DNA of 61,873 nucleotides, the filler included, from Asterionella formosa (lineage: Eukaryota): assembly GCA_002256025.1 (NCBI GenBank). It is 8 parts of 8 records of this genome, joined end to end, with 100 filler letters (N's around TTAATTAATTAA, not from the genome) between each part and the next. Parts side by side here need not be neighbours in the genome. Positions count along the whole stretch, not along the records: positions 23,284 to 30,928 come from NKIB01012411.1; positions 31,029 to 38,668 come from NKIB01012412.1; positions 38,769 to 46,405 come from NKIB01012413.1; 5 more parts are not named here. The stretch is one strand, 5' to 3'. This document shows, in pieces, positions 27,301 through 38,978 of the stretch (within the stretch, counting starts at the first letter, position 1; every line of letters begins with the position of its first letter). The position numbers and the translations under genes were made by a program. The notes below the pieces were generated by a model. It did not search any database and had not been told where the DNA came from. It saw nothing but the letters and a program-made list of their open reading frames with translations.

Positions 27301-28332
27301 AATTCTTTGGACTCAATTCCAGGTACACCTTTGAATTCCGGTCCGTTTAATTATGTTCAGGAGGGTTCGATCCGTGAACGAAATATGACTCCTCTTCGGA
27401 AAGTAACATCTTGTCCTTCGCTTCTTGATCCTCTTGCTACCGAGCAATTGGACTTATTAACAAGTCCTATTTCTGCAAAGGGGGCGTCCGATTCGCCAGC
27501 GCGAGGTGGTTGCCTCAGTGATCACACCCAGTCATTCAGCGCAGCAGCGATGGATGTTTTGATGCGATTGTCGCCCAAAATCAAACACAACAGCAACTTG
27601 AGACACCATGCAGTCAATATGATGACACGGGTGGAAAACGATGAATTCTTGAACAATTACCTATACTGCAGTAAAAAGCAAGACCAGAAGGTACAGGGAA
27701 AACTAGAGGACCGCCGATTTTGTTTCGTACCTTGCGGAGATGCAAGAGGGGCTGAACCTTGCGTTGAATTTGATTCTGGTTGCAGCAGTTTCTCAGGAGT
27801 GATTAGCGCGGCTAATTTTATTTTTCCGACAAAGGCACCAACTCGAGATCTATTGAATCTTGATCCTGGGACTTATCCTGGAGGCTTGCAATCAGAGACT
27901 TGGTTTGACGCTGCTACCGAACGTTTCGATGGCGCAATGGAGCGATTCGTCGGATCTTCTCGGGAGCAGAGTCACATTTGGAACTCATTTCAAGCGCCAA
28001 GTTTAAAGGTAAAGGCCTCGAATCTAAGTCGAGTGATGCCTGCAAAGGTGGAAGCCCCTGTCAGAGCCGGTAGAATCATTTTGTTGGATGGTCATACACG
28101 TAGTTCACCTGCCGAGTCAGTGGAGTACGGCGACGAAGGGAACGAGACTCAGTGGCAGACGATAGGCAATGGTGGGCCAGGCGAGGACTTGCGATCTCTC
28201 CAGGAATCGGACAGAGAATCAATCCCAGATACATCGCCAGAGTTACGACGGCATTGGACGTTAAATCCATTGTCGCTGTCGAAGTCTCTTTCTGGTGAAC
28301 TGCGAACAGAAAATGTGTTCACTATAGAGTAG
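24382..28332 (+). CDS. Hypothetical 1316-aa acidic, largely disordered protein with a ~200-aa internal duplication
   Basis: Long CpG-rich ORF. TP.SKLVRAES.GQA...KPRSKSVG...HFLTEPET is repeated at 25843 and 26482 (period 639 nt). No recognisable domain. Confidence 0.8.
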   Translation: MDHTEHGEMQPSRIQAEGNDSGNESKHGSISALHSRLGRTMEKCGTETSESAPLEPCPSAGQSTQERPSGLHDTSQANFPVTGSSNKRTVVLGVLMEALRRDAMRQADDCKDINDADSVSSDNSVNSDDELERWAQQIRGEIRDSEMVELALEAEKAADAGQEHFAGHPSTFGDDTDAESSSSRRVGPVQRNRSYTDGPMLRRSVVRMRSENKKKLRVLALRNVTEVIPQMEEIHSHLGFHMFQNGIATVSASNNAELDFKAKPFAKPKISPRMGFLHNITSWVSSKNSRDDGATSPSEHIKSLLDRDDDENSISSRTDYEVGDTLAEQFHKKESDGGVKIRHVRVPSGLVFPDDEDFSEFLFGKVRTDEGTLGTAPTSSSSDVGHPFSEITGTMTLPYEAGKRDASPQQAPIPFSVDFDTPAHPGDEATSLLIDCGESVNSGLQQKNLQLPHLCTTPVRSRDRKAFGGLQMSNLGIWHSRHEDFDLTPRSKLVRAESMGQAILKDELKLSPLKGDAAEDCLVNTLYQNGPFHQMLKPRSKSVGDLLDISIEKIEDEYGADLHFLTEPETTDNNIVSTTLLTSPAILLSKQVDNADSTLAETADSFLEPAFTSQGKMEASLTLIDINLNGDDYRSEDMLDFSIDTVNRQDRTVDMETLSDDEYLVEQQEQQDDAKVTSNDVELSIGAINTLRETINEWHCTPGSKLVRAESAGQAFLTDELKFSSLKDTAEGCLVNMSYQNGPLHHMLKPRSKSVGYLLDISLEKFEDENGTDFHFLTEPETIHDKIVSSTLMTSHVVSLPKQTDDTDSSLPDISDSVLASVYTSHSKIESRLALLDINPNGEHLRNADMVISSIDAVNRVDRTVNPWLLEVETGTQLDKYSSKQPGGTGDTANEVELSIDIENSLKQAVNTSPAVDAATRSVDEDLLKQQNHTEVKLMNPLYQWNIIEQAIENDAIAMPVFPCECGIIIAPTNSLDSIPGTPLNSGPFNYVQEGSIRERNMTPLRKVTSCPSLLDPLATEQLDLLTSPISAKGASDSPARGGCLSDHTQSFSAAAMDVLMRLSPKIKHNSNLRHHAVNMMTRVENDEFLNNYLYCSKKQDQKVQGKLEDRRFCFVPCGDARGAEPCVEFDSGCSSFSGVISAANFIFPTKAPTRDLLNLDPGTYPGGLQSETWFDAATERFDGAMERFVGSSREQSHIWNSFQAPSLKVKASNLSRVMPAKVEAPVRAGRIILLDGHTRSSPAESVEYGDEGNETQWQTIGNGGPGEDLRSLQESDRESIPDTSPELRRHWTLNPLSLSKSLSGELRTENVFTIE

Positions 28333-28529
28333 AAGCAGGCTGCGCTGCTGTTATTACAACTTACAATGCAACTCGAAACTATTGGCTTAAAAAGTGAGGT
28401 TATTCATATTTTTCTGCATATGCGTACATCTTTAGTAACAACGTGCTCGTTGGTTGTGGATGTCGTTACGAGTCCCTTGAACCGATACTGACACCGGTCT
28501 ATACACACATCCAGTCTGTCTTGGGACAA

Positions 28530-29477
28530 TTATTCCGTAGCAGGAAGTTCTTCCCCAGGTGGCACCATGTCAACTAAGGCACTGGGTTCTGTTCCCCAGT
28601 TGTCCATGAAGGTCTTTGACTTTCGCACCAGCACCTCCGGAACGCCAGAGGCATCACGAACTACCAAAAGATCGTCATCCACATATGTCACATATAGTTC
28701 ACGCGAATATTGCAGCTGGGAAGGCAGATCCACCGTTTGATCGAGAACGGTGGCGCTTTCGTATGTTTCAGTGAATCGAATGCCAGACTCAACATTCAGA
28801 CTGGCCTTGACAATGATGGTGCTCTCGATTCCTCCGAGCAGCTTGACACTGACCTTGGCTTCAATACGAGGTTGCTCTCTTGAAATACTAATCTCCAATT
28901 CACCAACATCAACAAGGCTAGATGGCAGCTGGTTCGCCAACGAAAGGGCGAAGAGCCCTGGAGAATATCCGCCGGAGTAGAGGAACAGGGCCAATTGTCT
29001 TTGGATGGGTGAAGTATGAGTGACTTTACCAAATACAATTCGACACTATCGACACTCTACCATATAATCATTTCGTCCTTACCTAGTTGGAGATGGAAGT
29101 GCCCAGTCTGGTGTGTAACCTGCAGCATATCGCATCTCCCAAACCCCATTCAAGAGTGGGGAAGTAGTTGGGTTCTCGGTAGGGTTCATGGCTTCTAGTT
29201 TCAATAGGGCTTCGTTAATGGCAGTTCTGGTCTCTTTTGCGACCTCTCCAAGAGAAGGAAGATAATCCAACACAGATGCGACCAGCGACTCCGGTACTGT
29301 AGGAACATACGTCTCGCTCTCGACCACGATTGACGAATCGTAGCTATCAAACGACGTGTCGGATGGTTCACTCATTAAACGAGCAGAGACTCGTCGACTG
29401 GAGGGAACGAATGCCAAAGCATTCACAATATGAGTGGCCGCCGATGCAGCAATCAGAGCAGCAATTGAGAGTCGCAT
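28530..29477 (-). CDS. Plastid lipid-associated protein/fibrillin (exons 29477-29083, 28998-28530; 287 aa)
   Basis: Signal peptide plus ALAFVP bipartite motif; LEAMNPT..P...LLNGVWEMRY and LYVTYVDDDLLVVRD fibrillin motifs. An 84-nt GT-AG intron restores TRQLALFLYSGG. Confidence 0.88.
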
Positions 29478-31411
29478 TGTGAATGTTTGTGCTAAATCGT
29501 TCAGTAGATAATGTTGAGGTGGCAATGTAGAATGTAGAAGAAGATCAGCAACAAGATGATGATGGTACAATATTGTGAGCCGTACGTGGATGTAGTACTA
29601 GCAGGTTTCCTATCATTTTATCTACATGAACATAAAGTATTGTCAACCTACATATAAATGTATTTCATATGAATATGATAATTTGGCTTCAGGATATATC
29701 GGGACATACCGTTATACCGGTAATACCGGTAGATAGCGTATGCAAGATCTCGTATCTTTTTTGTTCGCTCGTCTAGCTTTTGTACCCAGCGTATAAGTAA
29801 ACATGTGGTTATTCCATTATGTACAATGATAACATAATAATTTATTTTAGTTTATGAAATCCTTATTACCCCCAGGTACCTGGTACCACGACGATTTCTG
29901 TTTCTGCCTGAGTTGGCAGCCACAGAAGAGGTGCTGTGTTTTGCTTTATATTCGGATGGTTCAAAAATAAACAGCCATAACGGTATACGCACATAGCCAA
30001 CACGTATGCATGGCTACCGGTAATCGTTTTGCTTTGTCCTTGCTTCCGCGTGGGTTGGTGTCCTGACAGTTGCTGCCTTGGATGTCCACTGGGTCGTCCA
30101 AAATACATACCAGCAAGCAGGTTGCAGTACGGTACATTTGCTGACATCACATGGAGCAGTTCACACACTGGACAAACTCCAACAGGAGACCTGGGAACCT
30201 ACACCACGTTCTGTCTTTTAGACTGAAAATTTGTATGCTAATCCTGTATTTTCCTCCCGATTTTGACTCCATTGAGAATTCAGGAGTACTGTATACGTAC
30301 AAGTATACATAGTCAAAATTGTTACTCTGTTGAAAAATATGGAATTCGTGGTCAGTATTTCTTGAGCACCTTCCTCCCTTGTGCGTAACTGCTTGAGTGA
30401 TCCCTGAAAATGCGTAACAGAATTCCATGCTTCGAATGAAGTTGTTGTCCAGGTAAAATTTTGCATACATCATGGTTTGAGATTTGGTGAATAGTGAATT
30501 CCTTTGTAAATTTGTAAATCAATGATGATAAATTTATTTAGCTTAAACTGCCAATCATTAGTATGATTTATATTGTGGTAAAAAGATTGGAAAAATTGAG
30601 CTCAACCATCATCAATACATTTTCTTCTGCATTTTTGTTCTTCATATTGTCCCCACTCAAAATGGTTGCTCCTCTGTCGTTTTTACTGTTGTTTGTAAAC
30701 TGTTTCTAAGGTAGTTTATCATGAAGATGTAAATACAATTGCTGGGATTAGTACAGTTATTGCTCTCGGCGCTTGTTGCAACAGCAGGAGACCAATCACA
30801 AATTGACATGTTGAGTTTGCCTCAGATTTCAGTTACAGTCAATTAATGCTCAAGCTACACACAATAAAATACCTGTCAATCATCATAATGGCCTCTTATA
30901 TACTAGCAGCTTTGGTTAGAATAGTGGCNNNNNNNNNNNNNNNNNNNNNNNNNNNNNNNNNNNNNNNNNNNNTTAATTAATTAANNNNNNNNNNNNNNNN
31001 NNNNNNNNNNNNNNNNNNNNNNNNNNNNAAGCAAGTCATTTCAAGGACAAGAAGGAAGCCAGTGTGTGATGCATTCATGTTGCAACTTCGTGCAATAATG
31101 CCTCTTCAAGAATGAATGATTTTTTCATTCAGAATGCATGGCTTCTGTTTGTCTTGCATTGTCCTTACAGACTTCTCATAATGCCTGCCTTCTCAAGACT
31201 GAAGATGCCATTCTGAAAGAACTGCTTTGTTTGATTGCATATCGAGATTTGTTTCCCATGTAATGTGAAATACCGGTTGTTGAATTAGTAATCAACATTA
31301 TTTGATAGTACTTTTAAAATACGTAAAAAAATTTAATAAATTACGTGAACCATATTATAGAATTACGTGAACAAAAATTTAAGGCAATGTGAACTGAATT
31401 ACAGAATTAAT

Positions 31412-31677
31412 TGAAGTATTTCAAATAATTATGTGAAGTATTTCAAATAATTATGTGAAGTATTTCAAATAATTATGTGAAGGTGATCACGTAATATAGT
31501 GATGATCAGGAATGCATGCATGATACTCTGATCAAATAATTAACGTGATGTATTCAGATAAAATATAGATATATTCAAGTAAGCATTTTGATGTATTCAA
31601 CTAATTCTTGTGATCCATTCAAAATCAACTAGGCTTATTTACGTGATGGTCACTTCACGTAATACGCGGCTTAGATG
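31412..31677 (+). mobile_element. End of the CATCTAAGCC-TIR element with a triplicated 22-mer
   Basis: TGAAGTATTTCAAATAATTATG x3 (31412-31477), then sequence matching 13524-13742. Confidence 0.8.
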
Positions 31678-32368
31678 GGTATCAGACAATCATTGATTTT
31701 GTCTCGTACTGTTTCTGTGTTGAAAACAGAGTGATTGATGATGAAATTTTTACTTTATTTCTAGTAACCCAAAACAATTTTTATTTTATTTTCACATGAG
31801 GATGCTATTTATTATATTACATATCATACTTATTCTGGCTGTCATGCTACATATGATCAAGTAAATCTGCAACAACAGTTTAAAAATGCCGAAAGAAGAT
31901 TCGGTATATTCCATATTGCCCCTAAAGAAAATTTAAAAAGAAAATTACTTAGAGCCCAAATATTACTTAGAAGAACACGAATGGCAACAGAAAATCTGGA
32001 ACGGAATTGCCTCACCCATCATTCTAGTACCGGCATTTACCGGAACCAGCGAGGTACCAGGTACCGGAGTATTTCTGGTTGGTATTCGTCTGATGTGTGG
32101 GCTCGATTCTTCTACCGTCACTTTGATTCCAGCAAAAGTTGGTGTTGCGAGAAGTTTGAGTCACCATCACTCTATACCTTCGAAAACCACAGCAAATACG
32201 ATGTAATAACACTGTTCATAGTCTTCAGACTAATTTAGTAACATATCACACGTTAATATATGATAGTGATCCCGTAACAGTGTGAACTCACATTTCACCG
32301 TTGCTCTTTCATTGTGCTGGAGCCTTTTTCAATTGCCAATATCAACGCAAAGTCTGAATTGAGCAACA

Positions 32369-33000
32369 ATGTCCAAACAATCGCTCCAACAAGCCGCGCT
32401 CGATTCCGGAGGGATTTCTTATGATGAATCTCTCGAAGCAAGTTGTCTTTCGCCAACCTTGTATGATCGAATCGGCGAAAACGGTTTCAGGTCACTCTCC
32501 CAATCCTTTTATGACAAAGTATTTCTAGATAAGGACAACCAGTGGTTCCTTAATATTTTTGCGAGCTCGACAAAAATTGAAGCAGTAGAGAATCAATATC
32601 GTTTCTTTGTTCAGTCCTTTGGAGGGCCAGATTTGTACAAGCAAAAGAAGGGAAAGTACACGAGATTAGTGGGTCGACATGCAAACTATGCGATTGGTGT
32701 GAATGCGGCGGAGCGTTGGCTTTATCACATGGCGGCGGCTATTGAGGAACATGAGCAACTTATGGACGATGCCGAGGCGAAAGCTGCACTGAAAAAATAT
32801 TTTGCCTACACGGCCCACTATATTGTTGCTGCCATGCAGTACATGAAACCAGATCAGGTGAGTATGCAATTCTGGGCGAGAGGCTGTCCGGGTGGAGTTT
32901 GCAATTGTAGTGTCAACTTCTAAATTTTTTTTGTTCTGATGGTTCAACGTTCTGGTAGCTGAGTGGTGGGACTGCCATCGATGGTGGTAGGGTCTGGTGA
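32369..33000 (+). CDS. Truncated (2/2) hemoglobin, group II/GLB3-like (exons 32369-32857, 32959-33000; 176 aa)
   Basis: LYDRIG..GF..LS..FYDKV, NQYRFFVQSFGGPDLY, RLVGRH, AAERWLYHM. Phase-0 GTGAGT...TAG intron gives C-terminal LSGGTAIDGGRVW*. Confidence 0.88.
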
Positions 33001-33380
33001 AAAGTAGGCGCTACCATCAACCGGTATCAGTTCCTATCAGTGGAAATATTGTATTGACGAGGGAAACTCGTATGACTACATAAGCTACATCTGGGCCCAA
33101 TTTCTTGAAAGGATTTACCGGGTATGTACGTTAACAAAGGCATTGAAGAAGGAAGTGTCAAAAATGCTAAGGCAGAAGTTGTAAAAGCGCTTGTGATACC
33201 AAAGTGATGTAAAAAAAATATGAAATATATCTAGTTAACTAAAGCCATAAACATAGATGCGATACCTGCAACGACAATCGAGGTAGATGGATCATACCGC
33301 ACAAACATTCAGAAACACCAATCTTCCGGACAAACCAGCACTTTAAGCTCCGATTCAGAATGCCGGTCGCTGAACAAAAA

Positions 33381-34797
33381 CTAAGACTTGTTCTTGGAGC
33401 TAGGCGTTATCATAATTTCGACGCCCTCCACACTCGTGAGTCCACCTTCTTCGTCGTCTTCGTCCTCGTCCTCGTAATTATGAGGATCTAGGTTGGATTT
33501 TGACATCGCTTTTTCGGCCGCGACCGTTTTAGAGACTGGATCCCAGGCAGCCCCAAGTGGAGCTCTTGAAACAATGACTTCTTCTTCAACACCAATGTCC
33601 AAAGGGTTTGGATTGTTCCCAGCTAAAATTCTGTTGCTCACTTTCCAGGTAAAATTGACGTAATGAATGACGGAAAGATCTTCGACATCACTCCCAAAAG
33701 GATCCTGCAGAACCAATCCTAGAGTTCGAAGTCCAATCACAAAGATAGTTTGAAGCCAAACAGTGAGTCCACCGATGAGATTGACGGACCAGTCGACGTC
33801 CTTGCCTCCGACATTGTACGCAGCTGAAACGGCAAACAATGGCAAGTATAGTGAACTCAATAAAATGATAAAATGAACATAAAAGAAGGATATTGGTTGA
33901 TCAGCAATATTTGCCAAGTCCGCGTATGCACGCCGGAACTCAATCACATATTCTCGCATCTGATTCGACTGGAGCGAATCAATATGTCCATCTGTTTGCG
34001 CCTTTTTCACATCAGCCAACACCCAAGTGATGAGTTCCAGATTGACAGCACCCCCAGCATCCATGTCGATTTCCCGAATTCGAATTAATTCATGCTCATT
34101 AAGGAAATGACACCTTTTGTTCATTTCATCAAAGAAATTATCGGTATTGTACGTATCCGACAGGCCAGTGTATCCGGCAACATGCTAAAAGGTAAATGTT
34201 AGAGGGATGGCATGATAATCAATATTCGTAAGAGCCTATCACAACAGATGTATCACCACTTACCGCTGCATTCATGTATCTAACTATTCGATGAGCTGAA
34301 GCTTTTGGTAGATAAGCTTTCGCCAAACTCGCAACATCAAAAATTCTCCCCTTCATAATCATGGCATATTTGTATTGTTCAAAATAGCGCTTGTTTGCCT
34401 CAACAACGAAGAACACCAAAAAAAAAGAAAGAAATCCACCAATCACAGTTATATTGCCAGCAAATACTTTCACAGTATTCTCCCCCAATGAAGATTTTAT
34501 TTGAATTCGAACTCCAACATATGTTAACATGGTAAACCACATTAGGAGGTCCGTCGCCAGCAATCTCAGGACCGTGCCGTCCCAGTGGCAGAGAACGACA
34601 AAAAAATACTTGTTATGGCGTCGGAGAACTCTTCGACGGCGATCTTCTATTTCGTTCAATTCTTCCCACGTCAAGTTGCTCTGTTTCGCTACTGAGAACC
34701 ATAGAGCTGCCTTGATGGTTTTAATAAACGATCGTTCCATGTTGGTGATTGTCGTGCTAGAATTGCTAACACTTGCAGTGGACTTCCCGCTAACCAT
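33381..34797 (-). CDS. Bestrophin/RFP-TM (UPF0187-like) anion channel (exons 34797-34264, 34184-33381)
   Basis: GGFLSFFLVFF...NKRY, KGRIFD, QPISFFYVH, LQDPFGSDVEDL. Phase-0 intron joins YMNAA to HVAGYTGL. Confidence 0.85.
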
Positions 34798-35029
34798 GTT
34801 TGTTTACTAAAGTTCACACTTCTCGTTTATGTCTTGAGATGTGAACGTTTCATCAATGACTATAGAGTTGATGTCATCCATGCAACGAATGCTTCACGAC
34901 TATGTAACTCAAACTTCGTTGCAACCAAAGTCTCAACAAAGAGAGTAATGGGCCTGTGTGTTTGTATTCTCGTCATGATGCATTTGTGCAACGGAACATT
35001 GTTAGTATTTACTCCGGGTATCATTTAGT

Positions 35030-35086
35030 TACCGGTAATTTACCACGGTACCTGATGGTACCTGGTACCTGGTACCTGTACAGTAC
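35030..35086. promoter_or_regulatory. GGTACCT tandem tract in the divergent bestrophin/alpha-tubulin intergenic region (function unproven)
   Basis: GGTACCTGATGGTACCTGGTACCTGGTACCTGTACAGTAC, about 230 bp from the bestrophin ATG and 210 bp from the tubulin ATG. Confidence 0.35.
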
Positions 35087-35295
35087 TCGGTTGAGCCCGA
35101 ACAATCCATTTTTAAAAATGATTCGAATTAATCAAATTGAAAACATCAGTCCACATGGCTCCGCTGGTGGGGTTTCACCGTTTCGTCCTTCTCGTTGTTT
35201 TATTGCGTGGTTATTGTTTAAGCTTGTCGTGAGCTTGCAACAACTGTTTCCCTTGCTTCTATCCATATCAGCTTTACTCCTTTAACTCTTCAACC

Positions 35296-36953
35296 ATGCG
35301 TGGTATGTAGCTTCGATGTTCCTATGTAATGCTGTCAAAAGTGCGACTGGTCGCGAGAAACCCTTGTGAAGATGAACATCGTGTTTGAAATGATCGTAAT
35401 GGTCCGTTGTTGACTCAGGATTGTCGACTGCGTAGAAGCGTACCAGGCTCTACACATCGAAAATTTTTAAAATGACACACCGCACAAAGGATTTGCACTG
35501 AGATACTGACACAATCGTTCCATCGCCATCACCATCACCAGAATGCATCTCTCTTCATTTGGGCCAAGCCGGTATTCAGGTTGGAAACAACTGCTGGGAG
35601 CTTTACTGCCTTGAGCACGGAATTGATGCCGATGGTTCCATGAAGGAAGGGAAGATACACAACGGCAGCGACGACTCCTTCTCCACTTTCTTTTCCGAGA
35701 CTGGTTCTGGCAAGCATGTTCCAAGGGCTGTGTATGTTGACTTGGAGCCTACTGTGTGCGACGAAGTGCGTAACGGGCCTTACCGCCATCTTTACCACCC
35801 CGAGCAGATCATCAGCGGCAAGGAGGACGCTGCCAACAACTACGCCCGAGGACACTACACTGTTGGAAAGGAGATTGTCGATGTCGTCTTGGATCGTATC
35901 CGCAAACTCGCCGACAACTGCACTGGCCTCCAGGGTTTCCTTATTTTCCATGCCACTGGAGGTGGAACTGGCTCGGGTCTCGGATCACTACTCCTAGAGC
36001 GTCTCTCTGTTGACTACGGCCGCAAGTCCAAGCTGTCCTTTGCTGTCAGTCCTTCCCCGCTTGTCTCTACCGCCGTTGTCGAGCCTTACAACAGCGTTCT
36101 ATCCACCCATGCTCTTCTAGAGCATACTGATTGCACCTTCTGCCTTGACAACGAAGCGTTGTATGATGTCTGCCGTCGCAACCTTGACATTGAGCGACCC
36201 ACCTACACGAACCTCAACAGACTTATCGCTCAGGTTATCTCATCGCTTACTTCTTCCCTTCGTTTCGATGGTGCCTTGAACGTTGACGTGACAGAGTTCC
36301 AGACAAACTTGGTTCCCTACCCTCGCATCCATTTCATGCTTACTTCCTATGCTCCAATCATTTCGCAGGATAAGTCGTTCCATGAGAAGTTGAGTGTCGC
36401 TGAAATCACCAATGCTGTTTTTGAACCTTCCAACATGATGACCAAGTGTGACCCCCGTCATGGCAAGTACATGGCATGTTGCCTCATGTACCGTGGAGAT
36501 GTCGTCCCCAAGGATGTCAATGCTGCCGTCGCAGCTGTCAAGACAAAGCGTACCATTCAGTTCGTTGACTGGTGCCCCACTGGTTTCAAGTGTGGTATCA
36601 ACGGTGAAGCTCCTACCGTTGTCCCTGGTGGCGACCTTGCTAGTGTCAAGCGTGCTGTGTGCATGATTGCCAACACGACTGCCATCGCTGAGGCGCTTTC
36701 CCGCATTGATCACAAGTTTGACCTTATGTACATGAAGCGTGCCTTCGTGCACTGGTATGTGGGTGAAGGGTAAGTTTTATGATAGCGTTGTTGCGATTGA
36801 ATGTTGATTGAGTTGCTAACCCAGGTTTTTCGTAGAATGGAAGAAGGAGAATTTTCCGAAGCTCGCGAGGATCTTGCTGCCCTTGAGAAGGACTACGAAG
36901 AGGTTGGAGCCGAAACCGGTGATGCTGCTGAAAATTTCGAAGAGGAGTATTAG
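35296..36953 (+). CDS. TUBA: Alpha-tubulin (exons 35296-35302, 35542-36769, 36836-36953)
   Basis: [13 protein letters not shown] after splicing, GGGTGSG, and C-terminal [22 protein letters not shown]...EEEY. Two canonical GT-AG introns. Confidence 0.97.
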
Positions 36954-37318
36954 AAATCGGTAGAAAGCGAGTATGCCATGGATTGGCGCCTTGAAATAGG
37001 CCGACCTTTATAATTACAAAGAACAACTTTGTTTACGTTCACCACAATAAATTAATAACATCCATGAGTATCACCGATGTAACAAACATCTATAAACTAC
37101 CGGAATAGCAAGGTTATTAATATTGACTTTTACTGGGCCCATTGATTCCTACGTGCTCACTGAATGCTTTCTTCTTATTTTATCATCATTTTGTTTCTCA
37201 AATATGGCGGACCTGGTACCCCAATGGTATGGTTCTACGGGTGGTGCAGGGTCTACGATGAGAGAGATGGTGGAGTACGTCGGACCTGGAGTAAGCTATA
37301 GTGGACCTAGTACAGGTA

Positions 37319-37603
37319 TGTCAAGATTTAGTACTGCGTGCATATTAGTTCAGTCTAACTAATCAATCTTGAATAATATTCCAGCCAAAATCCCGTATTG
37401 AAATGCTGTGAGAATTTGAACAGCATTGATTGCCAAGAACTATATCAGCAAACCAAGGTAAATATTCAAATGGAGAATGTTCTAAGTAATCAATATTTCA
37501 ATGAAGGAAAGGTATAGATGCAATGCAGATAGCATTGAATATTCACGATTGTTCTACTAAGTGAGTGGAGTTGAGTTGTCAGTTGAGAATTGAATGTCTA
37601 ACA
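37319..37603 (+). mobile_element. Probable full-length Copia LTR (TG...CA, ~285 bp)
   Basis: Starts TGTCAAGATTTAG and ends near GTCTAACA. Shared with 6809-6929 and 47101-47330(-). No target-site duplication seen. Confidence 0.7.
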
Positions 37604-38160
37604 ACACAATGAATATCACAACCATATACTTTGATTCAGACCACGCCCATGATCAGAAAACGAGACGCTCTATTACTGGGATAATTGCCTTCATAGGATC
37701 TACCCCAGTAACATGGGCATCGAAGCGTCAAGGGGCCATAGCAACTAGCACTTCCACTGCAGAGCTATGTGCGGGTAGAACGGCTGCTGAGGAAGCCATC
37801 AGCATTAGATACATGCTGAGATCTTTAGGAGTGCCCGTGACGACATGAACGCTATTATTGGGAGACAACCTAGGCTCGCTCCAAAGTACCTCGAATCCTG
37901 GGTCTGAATGCCATAAGAAACATAGTATGGTCAATTACCACTGTGTGCGAGAGTGTTGTGCATCTGGAATCATCCAACTCGCGAAGGTAGACACTAAGTT
38001 GAATCTTAGCGATGGCTTTACCAAAGCTATCGAGAAGTCTATCTACCTTGATCATAGAAGATGCCATTTTGCAGCGTGACATATATGATAACGAGGCAAT
38101 ATGGTAGATTCACCATTACTTTAGAGGCACTACGTTCATAGCTTGAGGGGTGGTCAGGTA
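37604..38160 (+). mobile_element. Copia RNase H remnant followed by a polypurine tract
   Basis: YFDSDHAHDQKTRRSITG...WASKRQGAIATST..AE and GDNLG...KKHS...YH.VRE...NLSDGFTK, split by a stop at 37846-37848. GCTTGAGGGG at about 38141-38150. Confidence 0.88.
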
Positions 38161-38442
38161 CATATAGTACATTGGCATGTAGCTCCTACGGGCAAGCGAT
38201 GAAAGTAGTGGTTCCAACTACTGTAATAGACTCACTGCCTGATCAAGGACGGGGTCACACAAAACCTCGTGGGGAGTAATCCCCCTTTGTGTGATAGACT
38301 AGGACTACCTCCAGGTTTAGGTCTATCGGGTACGTAGCAATATGGAGGGACTGCATCTATACGTACGTTGTGATGTGGGTAGCAGGAGTCGTACAGCAAA
38401 TGCGATGCTGCAGGAGCATATGGTCATGAAACTGCTCCAACG

Positions 38443-38668
38443 ATGTCTACACTATGTTCTGGAAGATTGCATACTATTGTAGATGATGATGATGATCTGG
38501 ATTCTAAGCCTACTTCATCCATGGAGGTTCATTACATCTACAGCTCTACACTTGCATCAGATCCAGGTGAACCCAAGACCTACAGTGCAGCACTGAAAGC
38601 AGATGACAGAGAAAAATGGATTCCAGCAATCAAAAGTGAAATTAATAATTTTATAAAACGAAAAGTCT
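38443..38668 (+). mobile_element. Copia pol fragment just upstream of RT
   Basis: EPKTYSAALK...KWIPAIKSEINNF motif; runs into the gap. Confidence 0.8.
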
Positions 38669-38768
38669 NNNNNNNNNNNNNNNNNNNNNNNNNNNNNNNN
38701 NNNNNNNNNNNNTTAATTAATTAANNNNNNNNNNNNNNNNNNNNNNNNNNNNNNNNNNNNNNNNNNNN

Positions 38769-38978
38769 TCAAATGAATTATTTGAAACATCAACTAATTC
38801 AGTCTCGCGTTCAAAATTCATTGTGAAAACTTCACATGAAACAGTTAAAACTTCACATGAAACCGTTAAAAGTAATCTTTTTTACGTGAAGAGTGCATTA
38901 ATGCATGTGAAGTACCACATAATTAACACTCATACGTAGACGAAATTTCGAAAAGTGGCGTATTTCGTGGCTTAGATG
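38769..38978 (-). mobile_element. Opposite end of the CATCTAAGCC-TIR element
   Basis: Terminal 20-mer CATCTAAGCCACGAAATACG matches the other end's CATCTAAGCCGCGTATTACG at 17/20, while the subterminal sequence differs. 38769-38830 matches about 11360-11410 in reverse. Confidence 0.65.

Noticed and set aside
32858..32923. Cys-rich C-terminal extension of the hemoglobin ORF
   Set aside because: Read-through into an intron starting GTGAGT at 32858.
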